Shown here: piece by piece, positions 32,458 to 42,994 of the stretch
Numbering within the stretch: the first letter of the stretch is position 1
How the letters are laid out: the number at the start of each line of letters is the position of its first letter
Assembly: GCA_034521595.1 (NCBI GenBank)
Contig: JAXHMG010000003.1
Location: forward strand, 1,248,001 to 1,312,000
DNA from: Gemmatimonadota bacterium
GTDB lineage: Bacteria > Gemmatimonadota > Gemmatimonadetes > Longimicrobiales > Gaopeijiaceae
Length of the DNA: 64,000 nucleotides
Direction of reading: 5' to 3'
Notes under the pieces: generated by a model
Database searches by the model: none
What the model was told of the DNA's origin: nothing
The model's input: only the letters and a program-made list of their open reading frames with translations
Position numbers and translations under genes: made by a program

Positions 32458-35439
32458 TCAGAATGTGATGCGGAACGTGAGCGCGAGCGATGTCAGTGGC
32501 GGCGTCGCGTCGGTATCTTCCGGCTCCCGGTTCCCTCCGAGCTGATTCGCCGGCGCCCGCGACTCCGGATCCTGGGCCGGATAAGGGAAATACTCCGTCC
32601 AGATCATGCCGAGGTTCCGAGCGGCAAGACTCACTCGAGCCGCCCGCGCGCCGATGCGCTCGGCCCAATTCGTCGGAAGGGGAGCGCTCAACGAGACTTC
32701 CCGGAAGCGCATGTAGCCCGACGCCGGAGTCCAGAGCTGGAACTCGCCGGATCGACCCAGCTCCGCCGCGCCGAGGATACGGGGGTCGGCGGTCTCGGGA
32801 TGCCACAGCTCTTCGGCGATCCCGAGAGCGGCGTAGCGCCACCACATCTGTGTCGAATAGTTCGTCTGACCGAGCTTGAAGTCAGCGAGCATACCGAGCT
32901 GGATGCGGTCGCCGAAGGTGAACGTCGACGACACGGATCCTTCCACGCTCGGGTCGGGATGACCCGCGTACAGCCAGGGCGCGTCGCCACAGTCCATGCT
33001 CCCGCCTTGCCCGTCATCGCACAGGATGTTCACCGGGTCCCCGGCGGGGGTGACCTCGGCGGACACCACCCTCGGCGCAAAGAGCGAAGCTGCCGGATAG
33101 CCCTCCTGGTGACGTGTCGTCCAGCCGAGCTCGAGGAAGCTCTCGAGTCCGAGATCTTCGATCCGGTTACGGTTGGTGCCGACGTTGACACCGAGGTCCC
33201 AATCGAACGTAGGGAGATCGAGCGTGCGTGCGTCCAACGACACCTCCACGCCCCGATTCGACAGCCGACCGATGTTCACGAACTGGTCTTCGAAGAATCC
33301 GTCCGACGGTGCGACGTTGCGGGACACGATGGCGTCACGGGTTACCTGATCGTAGAACGTCAGATCGAGCGAGACACGGTCTCCGAACATCGTCGCGTCG
33401 AATCCGGCCTCGATCTCCCGACTCTGCTCCGGCCCCAGATCAGGGTTTCCTGGAGCGTCCGGAAATACCGCGGGTGAGCCGTCAGGCTGAGCGCGCGGGC
33501 TGAAGCTACGGATGGCGTCGAACACGTCCGGCTGCTGGCCGGATTCTCCATACGCCGCACGGAGCCGGAGCGAGCTTACGAAATCGAGCCCCCAGAAGTC
33601 TTCCTCGCTGATGACCCAGGAACCGCTCACCTTGGGATAGTAGACCAGCGAAAACTCCTCTCCGAACGCGCTGTTGTCGTCGGCCCGCACCGCCGCCGTC
33701 AGGAAGATGCGGTTCTCCCAACCCAGCTGCTCCTGGACATAGAGTCCGACCGTGTTGTTTTCGACCACGTCGTCCGATCCGAAGGTGGTCGCCGCGCCTC
33801 CCACGGACTCCACTCCCGGCGCGGGGAACCCTTCACCGATCGCCTGAGTGAGCTCCACGCGCTTCGTGTTCACCTGTAGCCCCGCGGACGTCGTCGAGGA
33901 CACCCGCTCCGAAAGGTCGCGGCTCACGCTCGCCGCATAGTCGAACGAGCTCTGTTGCACGGACTCCTGCCGCACATTCCTCGATCCGCGCGCCACCTGC
34001 TCCGACCAGAACTGCGCCGCGGACGGGCTCAGGTGCGGCGTAAAGGCCGTGTTCTTCTGGTCGGTAAGGTCCAAGCCGAACGTGAGCCGATGATTGAACC
34101 AATCGGTGGGGTCGTACCGGAAAGTCAGGCTCGTCGTCATGCGCGTCGCGTCCTGAACGAACTGCGAACGCTCGTAGAAAGCCTCGGGGGGCGCGATCCA
34201 GAACCCGCGGCGCGGTGTGTCGAGGTGCTCCGGAGAGCCCAGGAACAGAGAGCGGAGCGCGCTCTGACCAGCCCCGCGACCCGGCACCCGGACCTCGTTC
34301 AGCGAGAAGCCCGTGCTGGCTTCGATCGAAATCACCTCAGCGGGCTGTGCGCTCACATTGGCCCTGGCATTGTACCGCTTCTGCCAGCTGTCCGGAGTGG
34401 CTCCATCCTCGCTCTGGCCGGAGCCGGACACGAAATACCGCATGGTCTCCGAGCCACCGCTCACGCTGAGCGAGTAGTCTTGGATCCGACCATAGCTGAA
34501 GATGTCGTTGCCCCGCTCTTTCTCGCGCTCCACGAGGTTCAGGCCTTCGGGCTCTCCGGTGCTGGGGTTGATCCCCCAGTTGATCGGGACCTTACCCGCC
34601 GGATCGTGGAGCCAGTTCGCACCCTGGCGCGTGGAGAGCGTCCACTCGGCCGGTTGATCGAAGGAGCCTCGCTTGGTGATGATGTGAATGACGCCGTTGG
34701 AGGCTTCCGTCCCGTACAACGTCGCCGCCGCCGGCCCTTTGATCACCTCCACGCTCTCGATCTCGTCGGGGCTGAAGTCGTCGATGCGGGATACCGCACC
34801 GGCGGACGATCCGCCCTGAGGCGTGGACATGCGGTTATTCACCCGCACGCCGTCGACGTACAGCAGAGGCTGGTTGTCCCCGGACATGCTCGACTGGCCC
34901 CGGATCCGCACCACGGACGCCGTGCCGGGCGAGCCGTTCCCCTGGTTCACGACCACGCCCGACTCGCGACCTCGCAGCAGATTGGAGATGTTGTCGATCG
35001 GTGCGACCTCGGCTACGGAGCCGTCGATGTTTCCGACTACGTTGCCGATGGCACGGCGCTGCTGGCCGCCTGCGGTCCCCGTGACGACCAGCTCGTCGAG
35101 TCCGAGCGCCTCCGTACGGAGCTGGAAGTTCACCTCCGCCGTCTCGTCGGCAGCCACGGTGAGGACGCGCTCCTGCGAGCTGTACCCGATGCTCTGCACC
35201 TGGACGGTCACCTCACCCGGAGCGACTCCGGTCAGCAGGTACCGTCCGGAATTGTTGGTGAGCCCACCTATACCCGTGCCCACGACGGACACCTGTGCAC
35301 CGGCGATGGGGGTCCGCGTGCCGCTCTCGACGACCTCACCCGTGATCGTGGCCTGCTGGGCGGAGAGAGCGGGCGGAAGAAAGACGAGGGATCCGAGGGC
35401 GACGAGCAGCCCGGTCCCGGCGAACCTGCGAGCATCCAT
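32458..35439 (-). CDS. SusC/RagA-family TonB-dependent receptor
   Basis: Carboxypeptidase-regulatory-like N-domain, ELVVTG, PLLYVDGV, IESVEVIKGPAAATLYG.EASNGVI.I.TK, terminal Phe; start reassigned to MDARRF. Confidence 0.93.
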   Translation of the reverse strand: MDARRFAGTGLLVALGSLVFLPPALSAQQATITGEVVESGTRTPIAGAQVSVVGTGIGGLTNNSGRYLLTGVAPGEVTVQVQSIGYSSQERVLTVAADETAEVNFQLRTEALGLDELVVTGTAGGQQRRAIGNVVGNIDGSVAEVAPIDNISNLLRGRESGVVVNQGNGSPGTASVVRIRGQSSMSGDNQPLLYVDGVRVNNRMSTPQGGSSAGAVSRIDDFSPDEIESVEVIKGPAAATLYGTEASNGVIHIITKRGSFDQPAEWTLSTRQGANWLHDPAGKVPINWGINPSTGEPEGLNLVEREKERGNDIFSYGRIQDYSLSVSGGSETMRYFVSGSGQSEDGATPDSWQKRYNARANVSAQPAEVISIEASTGFSLNEVRVPGRGAGQSALRSLFLGSPEHLDTPRRGFWIAPPEAFYERSQFVQDATRMTTSLTFRYDPTDWFNHRLTFGLDLTDQKNTAFTPHLSPSAAQFWSEQVARGSRNVRQESVQQSSFDYAASVSRDLSERVSSTTSAGLQVNTKRVELTQAIGEGFPAPGVESVGGAATTFGSDDVVENNTVGLYVQEQLGWENRIFLTAAVRADDNSAFGEEFSLVYYPKVSGSWVISEEDFWGLDFVSSLRLRAAYGESGQQPDVFDAIRSFSPRAQPDGSPAVFPDAPGNPDLGPEQSREIEAGFDATMFGDRVSLDLTFYDQVTRDAIVSRNVAPSDGFFEDQFVNIGRLSNRGVEVSLDARTLDLPTFDWDLGVNVGTNRNRIEDLGLESFLELGWTTRHQEGYPAASLFAPRVVSAEVTPAGDPVNILCDDGQGGSMDCGDAPWLYAGHPDPSVEGSVSSTFTFGDRIQLGMLADFKLGQTNYSTQMWWRYAALGIAEELWHPETADPRILGAAELGRSGEFQLWTPASGYMRFREVSLSAPLPTNWAERIGARAARVSLAARNLGMIWTEYFPYPAQDPESRAPANQLGGNREPEDTDATPPLTSLALTFRITF

Positions 35440-35772
35440 GGGGAGCCTCCGCGAAACGGTCCGTGTTGTACCGGCCGCGCCGATGAGCGGCCCTCGACCG
35501 GCTCGGCATCGGTAACACCCGAAGGTGCCCGCCGCAAGACTGCGCAAAACGAGGCTCAGCCTGCTGGCGGTCACGGGTGCTTCTCGACTCCGCCTGGATT
35601 GCGAGGGATAGCCGAACGTGCGTCCTCTCGGGTTACGAGGGGACATCCGCTGTCCCTCCTCCCTACCGGATCTCTCTTTCGCGCCCTAGAATGCCCGCCC
35701 GGCCGACGGACGAGCCAGCGCAGCCAACCGTCCCGCGCCCTCCATGACCCACCCAAACACACGAGCCCCGTC

Positions 35773-36252
35773 ATGACCCGACTTCTCCGCCCCACCGTTT
35801 TCGCCGCCGCGATGCTGTTACTGACCGCGCCAGGAGCTGACGGTCAGCTTCTCGACAAGCAGGTGGTGAGCCTCGACGCGGCCCGCACCATGATGGCCGC
35901 GGCGGAAGCGGAGGCGAACCGGAACGACTGGCCCGTGGCGATCGCCATCGTGGACGCGGCCGGCGAGTTGATCCTTTTTCAAAAGCTCGACGGCACCCAG
36001 GCGGCGAGCATCGACATCGCCATCGACAAGGCCCGGACCGCGGCCCGCCTGAAGCGGCCGACCAAGGCGCTCGAAGACGCGATCTCTTCCGGACGGACCG
36101 CGCTGGCGGCGGTCGACGGCATTCTTCCGCTCCAGGGCGGCGTGCCGATCACGGTCGGCGGCGAGGTGATCGGCGCGGTGGGCGTGAGCGGGGTCACGTC
36201 TCAGCAGGACGAGCAGGTCGCGGAAGCGGGCGTGGAGGCGCTGGGCGGGTAG
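35773..36252 (+). CDS. GlcG/HbpS-family heme-binding protein with a signal peptide
   Basis: AIVDAAG, IAIDKARTA, GGVPI...IGAVGVSG...DEQVA; C-terminal part of ORF 33955..36252. Confidence 0.9.
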   Translation: MTRLLRPTVFAAAMLLLTAPGADGQLLDKQVVSLDAARTMMAAAEAEANRNDWPVAIAIVDAAGELILFQKLDGTQAASIDIAIDKARTAARLKRPTKALEDAISSGRTALAAVDGILPLQGGVPITVGGEVIGAVGVSGVTSQQDEQVAEAGVEALGG

Positions 36253-36361
36253 AGGCCGACGACCACGGCGCCGATCCGCCCGTGCACGGCTCCAACGCTC
36301 ACCTCCCCGCCGACACATTTGGCAGCGCGCGCACGTATTAGCGGTCCACAGCGTGACGACG

Positions 36362-36746
36362 ATGGGCCAGACCCGACGCCTCCTCACCGGCCGCCGCCCA
36401 ACAAAAAGACGAAGCCGTGCGAGGATACGTCGGCGGTGAAATCCTCATCGCCACGCCGGTCGGAGAGTTCGCGGAGAACGTGGGCACCGGATTCGGGGTC
36501 GGCCTGTTCGGCCGCTACACGCTCGACGATCGGCAGATCGTGAGTCTCCGCGCCGACGTAGGCTTCCTCAATATTACGGGCGCGAGACGATCCGGTGAAG
36601 CGGAGTACCTGCGGAAGGGCGATATCGAGGACCTGCCCGACGGGTCGGTGGTCCTCAACCCGCGCCGGAGCGAGACGAATTTCTGGACCTTCCGGGTCGG
36701 GGTATCGGTCGGGCTGCCACGAGGACGAGATCGGCGGAGGCGGTAG
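36362..36746 (+). pseudogene. Deleted and frameshifted outer-membrane beta-barrel gene remnant
   Basis: ATG at 36362 (MGQTRRLLT) is out of frame with AAQQKDEAVRGYVGG; the signal h-region is missing; only first and last beta strands remain (about 110 aa). Confidence 0.55.
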
Positions 36747-36762
36747 AGCCCGGGCACGACGC

Positions 36763-37785
36763 TCACCCCGCATTCGCCCGTGGGGGCAGCCGGAGGACGT
36801 CACTCCCCGTCGTCGCCACGACCGCTCCCAACATGCCCGCGTCGTCTCTCGTGATCACCTTCACGGGCACGCGCCGGAGCCACTCCGCCATCCGTCCCTT
36901 GCCGAGAAACGCGTCGAGGAAGGCCCCCTCCTTCAGCTTTTCGCGGATCCGAAAGGTGACGCCTCCCGCGAGGTATACACCGGCCGTCGCGCCCACCGAA
37001 AGCGCCACGTCTCCCGCCCGGGCGCCGAAGAGAGCCGCGAAGCTGTCCAATGCCCATACGCATGCGGGATCCGCATCCGCGAGCGCCCGCTCCACGATCA
37101 CGGCCGCCGGATCCGAGTTCCTCATCGCCGCACGGGTCGTCGGATCCTCCGTGAGATTCCCCGGCCCGATCACATAGTCGTACGCCGCCCGAAGCCCGGC
37201 CCCAGAGAGGACCCGCTCCCAGGACACGTGACTACCATGGCGCTCGGCCAGGAAACTCCGTAGCGCCCACTCTCCCTCGGTCCGCGGGGCGAAGCCGGCA
37301 TGTCCCCCTTCGGTCGGGTGTACCGTCACTCCGGACCCCGAAGCGCGCGGAAAGACCAAAGCCTGGCCGAGGCCCGTGCCGGCTCCCAACACCGCGGCCA
37401 CACCCGAAGCGTGGTTCGCTCCCGCTTGGACGACGGTCACGTCGTCGCCGCCCAGAAACGGAACCACGTGGGCGAGCGCGGCGAAATCGTTCATCACCCG
37501 CACGTCGTCCGTTCCGACCCACTCCGCCAGGTCGCTCTCACACACCCGCCATCCGAGATTGGTGAGCCGCCCCGCCCCGTCGAACACCGGTCCCGCCACG
37601 GCGAGCGCGGCCCGGTCGATGCCCTCGTCGATCACACCGAGGAATCGTCCCAGGGCTTCCTCGACCGATGCCATCTCGCCGCTCGCATAGGTCCTCTGCG
37701 TCTTCGAGCGCAACTCGTGGTCGCGGAGCTCGAAGCACGCGAACCGAGCGTTGGTTCCCCCGATGTCGGCCGCGAGGATGTTCAT
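36763..37785 (-). CDS. glk: Glucokinase
   Basis: AADIGGTNARF, AVAGPV, NDF, GAGTGLG, TEGGH, ERVLSG, GVYLAGG. Confidence 0.93.
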   Translation of the reverse strand: MNILAADIGGTNARFACFELRDHELRSKTQRTYASGEMASVEEALGRFLGVIDEGIDRAALAVAGPVFDGAGRLTNLGWRVCESDLAEWVGTDDVRVMNDFAALAHVVPFLGGDDVTVVQAGANHASGVAAVLGAGTGLGQALVFPRASGSGVTVHPTEGGHAGFAPRTEGEWALRSFLAERHGSHVSWERVLSGAGLRAAYDYVIGPGNLTEDPTTRAAMRNSDPAAVIVERALADADPACVWALDSFAALFGARAGDVALSVGATAGVYLAGGVTFRIREKLKEGAFLDAFLGKGRMAEWLRRVPVKVITRDDAGMLGAVVATTGSDVLRLPPRANAG

Positions 37786-37958
37786 GGCGTCTCCCTGTCT
37801 CCAAACGGGCACACGAGCACCTCGACCGGGCTCGCCGCCGGGTGCCATATGGGCACGTTCCCATTATGCCTTACCTTGATCTTAACTCCGTGCCGGGTCG
37901 ACGTCTCGCGTCGACCGGATGCGGCAAGCGTCAATCCTCCTGGAGGGAGCCCAACACG

Positions 37959-39761
37959 GTGTCCGGTCTCGAACTCGGTCTCATCGGAAACGGAACGGTC
38001 ACCGGCCTGCTGAACGCGCAAGGCGCGCTCGTGTGGTTCTGCAATCCCAGGTTCGACGGCGACCCCGTGTTCTGCAGCCTGCTCCGAGGTGACCCCGACC
38101 ACCCCGAGCCTGACGGCACCTTCGGCATCGAGCTCGACGATCTCGAGGCGAGCGAGCAGAGCTACCTTCCGAACACGGCGATTCTCCGCACGGTGCAGCG
38201 GAGCCGCAGTGGGGCCGAGCTGGAGATTCTCGACTTTTGCCCGCGGTTCAAGCACTACCGGCGGACCTTTCGCCCCAACACGGTCGTGCGCTTGGTACGG
38301 CCGCTCGCGGGCGATCCCCGCGTCCGCATCCGAACGCGCCCCATGAGCAACTACGGCGCCGACCGCTGCGAGACGACGCACGGATCCAACCACATCCGGT
38401 TTCTCGGATCGCCCGGCGGCATCCTACGCATGACGACGAACGCGCCGATCACGGCGCTGATCGAGGAGCGTCCCTTCGTCCTGACCCACGAGGTCGCGAT
38501 GGTGCTCGGCGAGGACCGTCCTCTCCCGGACGCTCCCCTGGAAGTCGCGCAGAGATACCTGCACGAGACCACGGACCACTGGCACGCGAGCGTGCGTACG
38601 TTGTCCATTCCGTTCGAATGGCAAGACGCCGTCATTCGGGCGGCGATCACCCTGAAGCTTTCGGTCTTCGAGGACACCGGCGCCATCATCGCGGCGCCGA
38701 CCACGTCCATTCCGGAGGCCGCCGGGACCAGCCGGAACTGGGACTACCGTTACTGTTGGCTGCGCGACGGCTACTTCGTCGTCCGAGCGCTCAACCGCCT
38801 GAGCGCCACGGCGGCCATGGAGGAGCTCCTCGGGTTCATCACGAACGTGCTCGCGGGGATCCGCAACGGAGCGGACCGGGGATTGCAGCCCGTTTACGGG
38901 ATCAACTGGGAAGCCAACCTGGACGAGCGCGACGTCTCGACCCTTCCGGGCTTCCGTGGCATGGGGCCCGTTCGGGTCGGAAACGCCGCCTACCGACAGG
39001 TCCAGCACGACATCTACGGGGGCGTGGTCCTGGCCCTCTCGCAGCTCGTGTTCGACACCCGGATCCTGAGCACGCACACCGACGCGCTGCTTCCGCGGCT
39101 CGAGCACGCAGGGCGCCTCGCGGTGGAAACGTTCGGTCAACCGGACGCCGGAATCTGGGAGCTGAGGGGAAGTGCCCGCGTGCACACCTCCTCCAGCCTG
39201 ATGTGCTGGGCCGCCTGCGACCGGCTGGCGCGGATCGCGCACCACATCGGCGATGCGGAACGCGCCCGGCACTGGCGCGCCGAGGCCGACCGGATGCACG
39301 AGACCCTGGCCCGGGAAGCGTGGTCCGAAGAGAAGCAAAGCTTCACCGCCACGTTCAACGGGGAGACGCTCGACGCGAGCCTCTTGCTCATGTTCGAGCT
39401 GGGGTTTCTGCCGCCCGAGCATCCCAAGATGCTCGGAACGCTGGCCGCCGTCGAACGGGAGCTGGTCAAGGACGGATTCGTGTATCGCTACACGGAGGCG
39501 GACGATTTCGGGGAGCCGGAGAACGCGTTCCTGTTGTGCGCGTTCTGGCTGGTCGACGCCCTCGCCGCGGTCGGGCGCGAAGACGAAGCGAGGGAGATGT
39601 TCGAAGGCTTGCTGGAACGGCGGAACAGCCTCGGGCTCATGGCCGAGCACATCGATCCGCGCACCGGAGAGCTGTGGGGCAACTTCCCCCAGACCTATTC
39701 GATGGCGGGGATCATCAACTGCGCCCAGCGGCTCTCGAAGCGGTGGGAAGACGCCTTCTGA
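37959..39761 (+). CDS. Glycoside hydrolase family 15 (trehalase/glucoamylase-like)
   Basis: LIGN, PRFD, AAPTTSIPE, RNWDYRYCWLRD, QHDIYG, GIWE, GNFPQTYS; GTG start after GGAGG. Confidence 0.92.
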   Translation: MSGLELGLIGNGTVTGLLNAQGALVWFCNPRFDGDPVFCSLLRGDPDHPEPDGTFGIELDDLEASEQSYLPNTAILRTVQRSRSGAELEILDFCPRFKHYRRTFRPNTVVRLVRPLAGDPRVRIRTRPMSNYGADRCETTHGSNHIRFLGSPGGILRMTTNAPITALIEERPFVLTHEVAMVLGEDRPLPDAPLEVAQRYLHETTDHWHASVRTLSIPFEWQDAVIRAAITLKLSVFEDTGAIIAAPTTSIPEAAGTSRNWDYRYCWLRDGYFVVRALNRLSATAAMEELLGFITNVLAGIRNGADRGLQPVYGINWEANLDERDVSTLPGFRGMGPVRVGNAAYRQVQHDIYGGVVLALSQLVFDTRILSTHTDALLPRLEHAGRLAVETFGQPDAGIWELRGSARVHTSSSLMCWAACDRLARIAHHIGDAERARHWRAEADRMHETLAREAWSEEKQSFTATFNGETLDASLLLMFELGFLPPEHPKMLGTLAAVERELVKDGFVYRYTEADDFGEPENAFLLCAFWLVDALAAVGREDEAREMFEGLLERRNSLGLMAEHIDPRTGELWGNFPQTYSMAGIINCAQRLSKRWEDAF

Positions 39762-39782
39762 GCCCGACCGCCAGCAGCTCCG

Positions 39783-42182
39783 TCAGAGGTCGAATTCCAA
39801 AGTGGCTCCCGGCCCGAGAACGCCCCGCTGATCCCCGCAAGCCACCTCGACACTCCCGTCATGACCGGGGAGGCCGGTGACGGTGAGCCGCTCGCGGGTC
39901 ACGTCGATCTTCATCCAGACGTTCCGGTACTCCAGCTTGAGCGCCACGCACGTCAGCTCCGCCGGGAGGCTAGGGTTCACGTGGAGCACATCCCCGCGAA
40001 GCTCCAGCCCCGCGTAGCCACGCTGCAACAAATCCACGGTGCCGGCCATCGCTCCCAGGTGGATCCCTTCCGGCGTCGTTCCCCCCTGGACGTCATGCAC
40101 GTCGCTCTCCACCGCCCGATGGAAGAACCGCCACGAGCCCTCCCGGTCCCTGCGCGCCAGAACCCAGGAGTGCACCACGGCGCTGAGGGTGGAGCCGTGT
40201 GAGGTCCGGTGGAGGTAGTGCTCCACCATCTTCGGAATCACCTCGGGGTCCCACGCGTAACCGAGCCGGTCGAAAAGGGCCACCAGCTCCCCGGCCGAGA
40301 GCAGAAAGAGGAGCATGAGCGCGTCGGCCTGCTTGCAGGCCTTGTAGCGGTTCGGAGTGTCGCCTTCCGCCTTCAGGATCCGATCGAGGCGATGGATGTC
40401 CCCGTACTCCTTCCGATAATGCGCCCAGTCGAGCTCTTCGAGCTCTTCCCACCCCTCGAACTGGCTGATGATGCCGTCGTCGTGAAAAGGGACGAACATC
40501 CTCTTGCTGATCTCCGCCCACCGGTCGAGCTCCGCGCGATCGAGGGACATCTCCTCCTGGAGCTCGTGGCGGCGCTGTTCCGGAAGAGCTTCGAGCGCAT
40601 CCAGCCCCCGACAAAGCGTCCACACCGCCATGACGTTCGTGTAGGCATTGTTGCTCAGTCCGGGCTCGTCGGCGTCCGGGTATCCGTCGTGAAACTCGTC
40701 CGGGCCCAGGACGCCGTGGATCCCGTACCGGTCCCGGGTCGCGTCGTACTCGGCGATGCTCGCCCAGAACCGCGCCGTCTCGAGGATGAGCTCCGCCCCG
40801 TACGTGTCGAAGAACTCCCGGTCACCGGTCGCCTGATGGTACAGCCAAACGTTGTACGGAATCGCCGCGTTGACGTGGCGCTGCCGGCGGCTGTTGTCCG
40901 GGTGCCATCGCCCCGAGCTCGGGTTGAGGTGCAAGCGCTGCGTCTCTTCCTCTCCGTTGCTCCCGCTCTGCCACGGAAACATAGCCCCCCGGTATCCAGC
41001 TTCCCGGGCGGCCCGGCGGGCCTCGGGGAGACGCCTGTGACGGTACATCAGCAGGGCCCGGGTCGCTTCCGGGAACCGGAAGACGAGGGTCGGGAAGATG
41101 AAGAGCTCGTCCCAGAACACGTGCCCCCGGTACGCCTCGCCGGTCCACCCCCGCGCCGGCACGCCCACGTCCATCTCCGTGGTATGCGTCGACACCGTCT
41201 GCAGAAGGTGGAACGTGTAGAGACGCACCACCCGGGTGGTGCCTTCACGACCCTCCACCTCGATCTCGCACCGCTCCCAGACGTGCTTCCACGCCAGCAC
41301 GTGGGCGGCGAGGATCTCTTCGAAGCCTCCGACTCCCACCAGGAAGCGGGGGGCCTCGTATGCGCTCTCGGAGATCGCGCGGTCCTGCGAGGTGAAGAGG
41401 CTCGCGACCTTCTCCACCCTGTAGGCGACGCCCTCCCGTACGTCGACGACCGCTCGCTCGGCGATCCGGTCGTCTTCCTGCTCGAGCGAACGCTCCCCGT
41501 CGAGTCGGCGCTCGCCCTCGAAGCACTGCGTGCGCGCCGCTTCGGCGATGGAGATTCGAGACTGGATGGTGCGGGCCACGAGCATGACGGTCTCGGGGTC
41601 CACCTGCTCCGTGAGCACCGGCTCCAGATGCCGGGATTCGAGGTCGCGGTAGCGCGCGACCAAGCTGTTCTCGACACGCCCGTCGAGCCCCGAGCGGATC
41701 TCGAGCTCTCCCGACCAGTTGACCGGCGTGACGGTCAGCTCGAGCGCAGCCAGATGCGGGGAGGCCATGCTCACGAGCCGCCTTTCCGTGAGCCGGCTCT
41801 CCCGGCCCTCGCCGTCACGGAGGAGCATGTTCCGCGTCAGGATCCCTTGTCGCAGATCCAACGTCTGGGTGTACTCCAGCACCGCCATCGACCGCGGATC
41901 GAGCGCGTCGCCGTCCTCGATCCCGAGCGTCAGCCACAGCCAGTTCGGCAAGTTGACGAGGCTCTCGTTCTCCACCGCGGTCCCTTCGATCGTCGTCGTC
42001 TGCCGGTCGTAGAGCCCGGCCCGGTACGTGCCCGGGTAGTGGACCTCGTCGGCATGGGCGCCCGGAAGCGCTCCCCGGGTCGAGAAGTACCCGTTGCCCA
42101 ACGTGCACAGCGCTTCACGGTGCTTTTCGTCCTCCGGCTCGAACCCCTCGTAGACGAACGTCCAATTACGCGCTGTGCTCAT
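39783..42182 (-). CDS. Glycoside hydrolase family 65 phosphorylase (trehalose-6-phosphate/trehalose/maltose type)
   Basis: EALCTLGNGY, ARGWTGEAYRGHVFWDE, GPDEFH, NNAYTN, KQAD, HGSTLS, GIHLGAMAG. Confidence 0.92.
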   Translation of the reverse strand: MSTARNWTFVYEGFEPEDEKHREALCTLGNGYFSTRGALPGAHADEVHYPGTYRAGLYDRQTTTIEGTAVENESLVNLPNWLWLTLGIEDGDALDPRSMAVLEYTQTLDLRQGILTRNMLLRDGEGRESRLTERRLVSMASPHLAALELTVTPVNWSGELEIRSGLDGRVENSLVARYRDLESRHLEPVLTEQVDPETVMLVARTIQSRISIAEAARTQCFEGERRLDGERSLEQEDDRIAERAVVDVREGVAYRVEKVASLFTSQDRAISESAYEAPRFLVGVGGFEEILAAHVLAWKHVWERCEIEVEGREGTTRVVRLYTFHLLQTVSTHTTEMDVGVPARGWTGEAYRGHVFWDELFIFPTLVFRFPEATRALLMYRHRRLPEARRAAREAGYRGAMFPWQSGSNGEEETQRLHLNPSSGRWHPDNSRRQRHVNAAIPYNVWLYHQATGDREFFDTYGAELILETARFWASIAEYDATRDRYGIHGVLGPDEFHDGYPDADEPGLSNNAYTNVMAVWTLCRGLDALEALPEQRRHELQEEMSLDRAELDRWAEISKRMFVPFHDDGIISQFEGWEELEELDWAHYRKEYGDIHRLDRILKAEGDTPNRYKACKQADALMLLFLLSAGELVALFDRLGYAWDPEVIPKMVEHYLHRTSHGSTLSAVVHSWVLARRDREGSWRFFHRAVESDVHDVQGGTTPEGIHLGAMAGTVDLLQRGYAGLELRGDVLHVNPSLPAELTCVALKLEYRNVWMKIDVTRERLTVTGLPGHDGSVEVACGDQRGVLGPGATLEFDL

Positions 42183-42964
42183 GCATCCTCCAAGCTCTCG
42201 CGGTCGAAGGTGACTTCATCGAGGCGGTGGACGACGATGTCGGCCCCGGCATCTTCGAGATCTTCGCCACCGTCGGGGTCCCGCGCTACACCGACGACGT
42301 AACGGAACCCGCCCCGACGACCCGCCTCCACGCCCGAGCGCGCATCCTCGAAGACCGCGGCGCGGTCGGGCTCCACGTCCAACCGACGGGCGGTCTCCAG
42401 AAAGAGATCGGGCGCCGGCTTGCCTTCGAGCGGCACCGTCTGGAGGGCACGACCATCGACGGAGGTGTCGAAGAACGGAGCGAGTCCCGCGGCGTCGAGC
42501 ACGTCCGTCGCGTTCCGGCTGGATGACACCATGCCGATGCGGAGCCCGACCGCGCTCGCCCGGCGCAGCAGAGCCTCGGCATCCGGGAAGGGGGCCACGC
42601 CCTCGGTGTCGAGAAGCGCGTGGTAGTACCGATCCTTCAGCTTTCCGAGGCCCCACGACGTATCCGATCCGGCCGTGTCGTCCTCGCTTCCCCTGGGACG
42701 TGCGACGCCCCGGGATCCGAGGAAGCTCTCCAGCCCGTCCAAACGCGACTTTCCGTCCACGTATCGCCGGTAGTGCTCCTCGGTGAACGGCTCACCGAGG
42801 TCGTCCTCGAACAGGCGCTTCCACGCCCGAAAGTGGAGCCCCGCCGTTTCCGTCAGCACCCCGTCGAGGTCGAAGATCAGCGCGTCGATCCCGTCCAGTC
42901 GGACGGTCATGACGCGCGAGGCCGCAGCGTCATTGCTACCTTGATCGGAAGAAGCACCAGACAT
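42179..42964 (-). CDS. Beta-phosphoglucomutase-family HAD hydrolase
   Basis: FDLDGVL, H..AWK, VDGKSR.DG, SSSRNA, GKPAPD, FEDA; ATGA coupling to the GH65 gene. Confidence 0.88.
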   Translation of the reverse strand: MSGASSDQGSNDAAASRVMTVRLDGIDALIFDLDGVLTETAGLHFRAWKRLFEDDLGEPFTEEHYRRYVDGKSRLDGLESFLGSRGVARPRGSEDDTAGSDTSWGLGKLKDRYYHALLDTEGVAPFPDAEALLRRASAVGLRIGMVSSSRNATDVLDAAGLAPFFDTSVDGRALQTVPLEGKPAPDLFLETARRLDVEPDRAAVFEDARSGVEAGRRGGFRYVVGVARDPDGGEDLEDAGADIVVHRLDEVTFDRESLEDA

Positions 42965-42994
42965 CTCGCCTCCGGATGGAAAAGATACCGCGAC

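Noticed and set aside
33955-35772. Apparent 765-aa fusion ending in a GlcG domain
   Set aside because: The first ~600 aa are the antisense of susC; the real gene starts at 35773 with a signal peptide.
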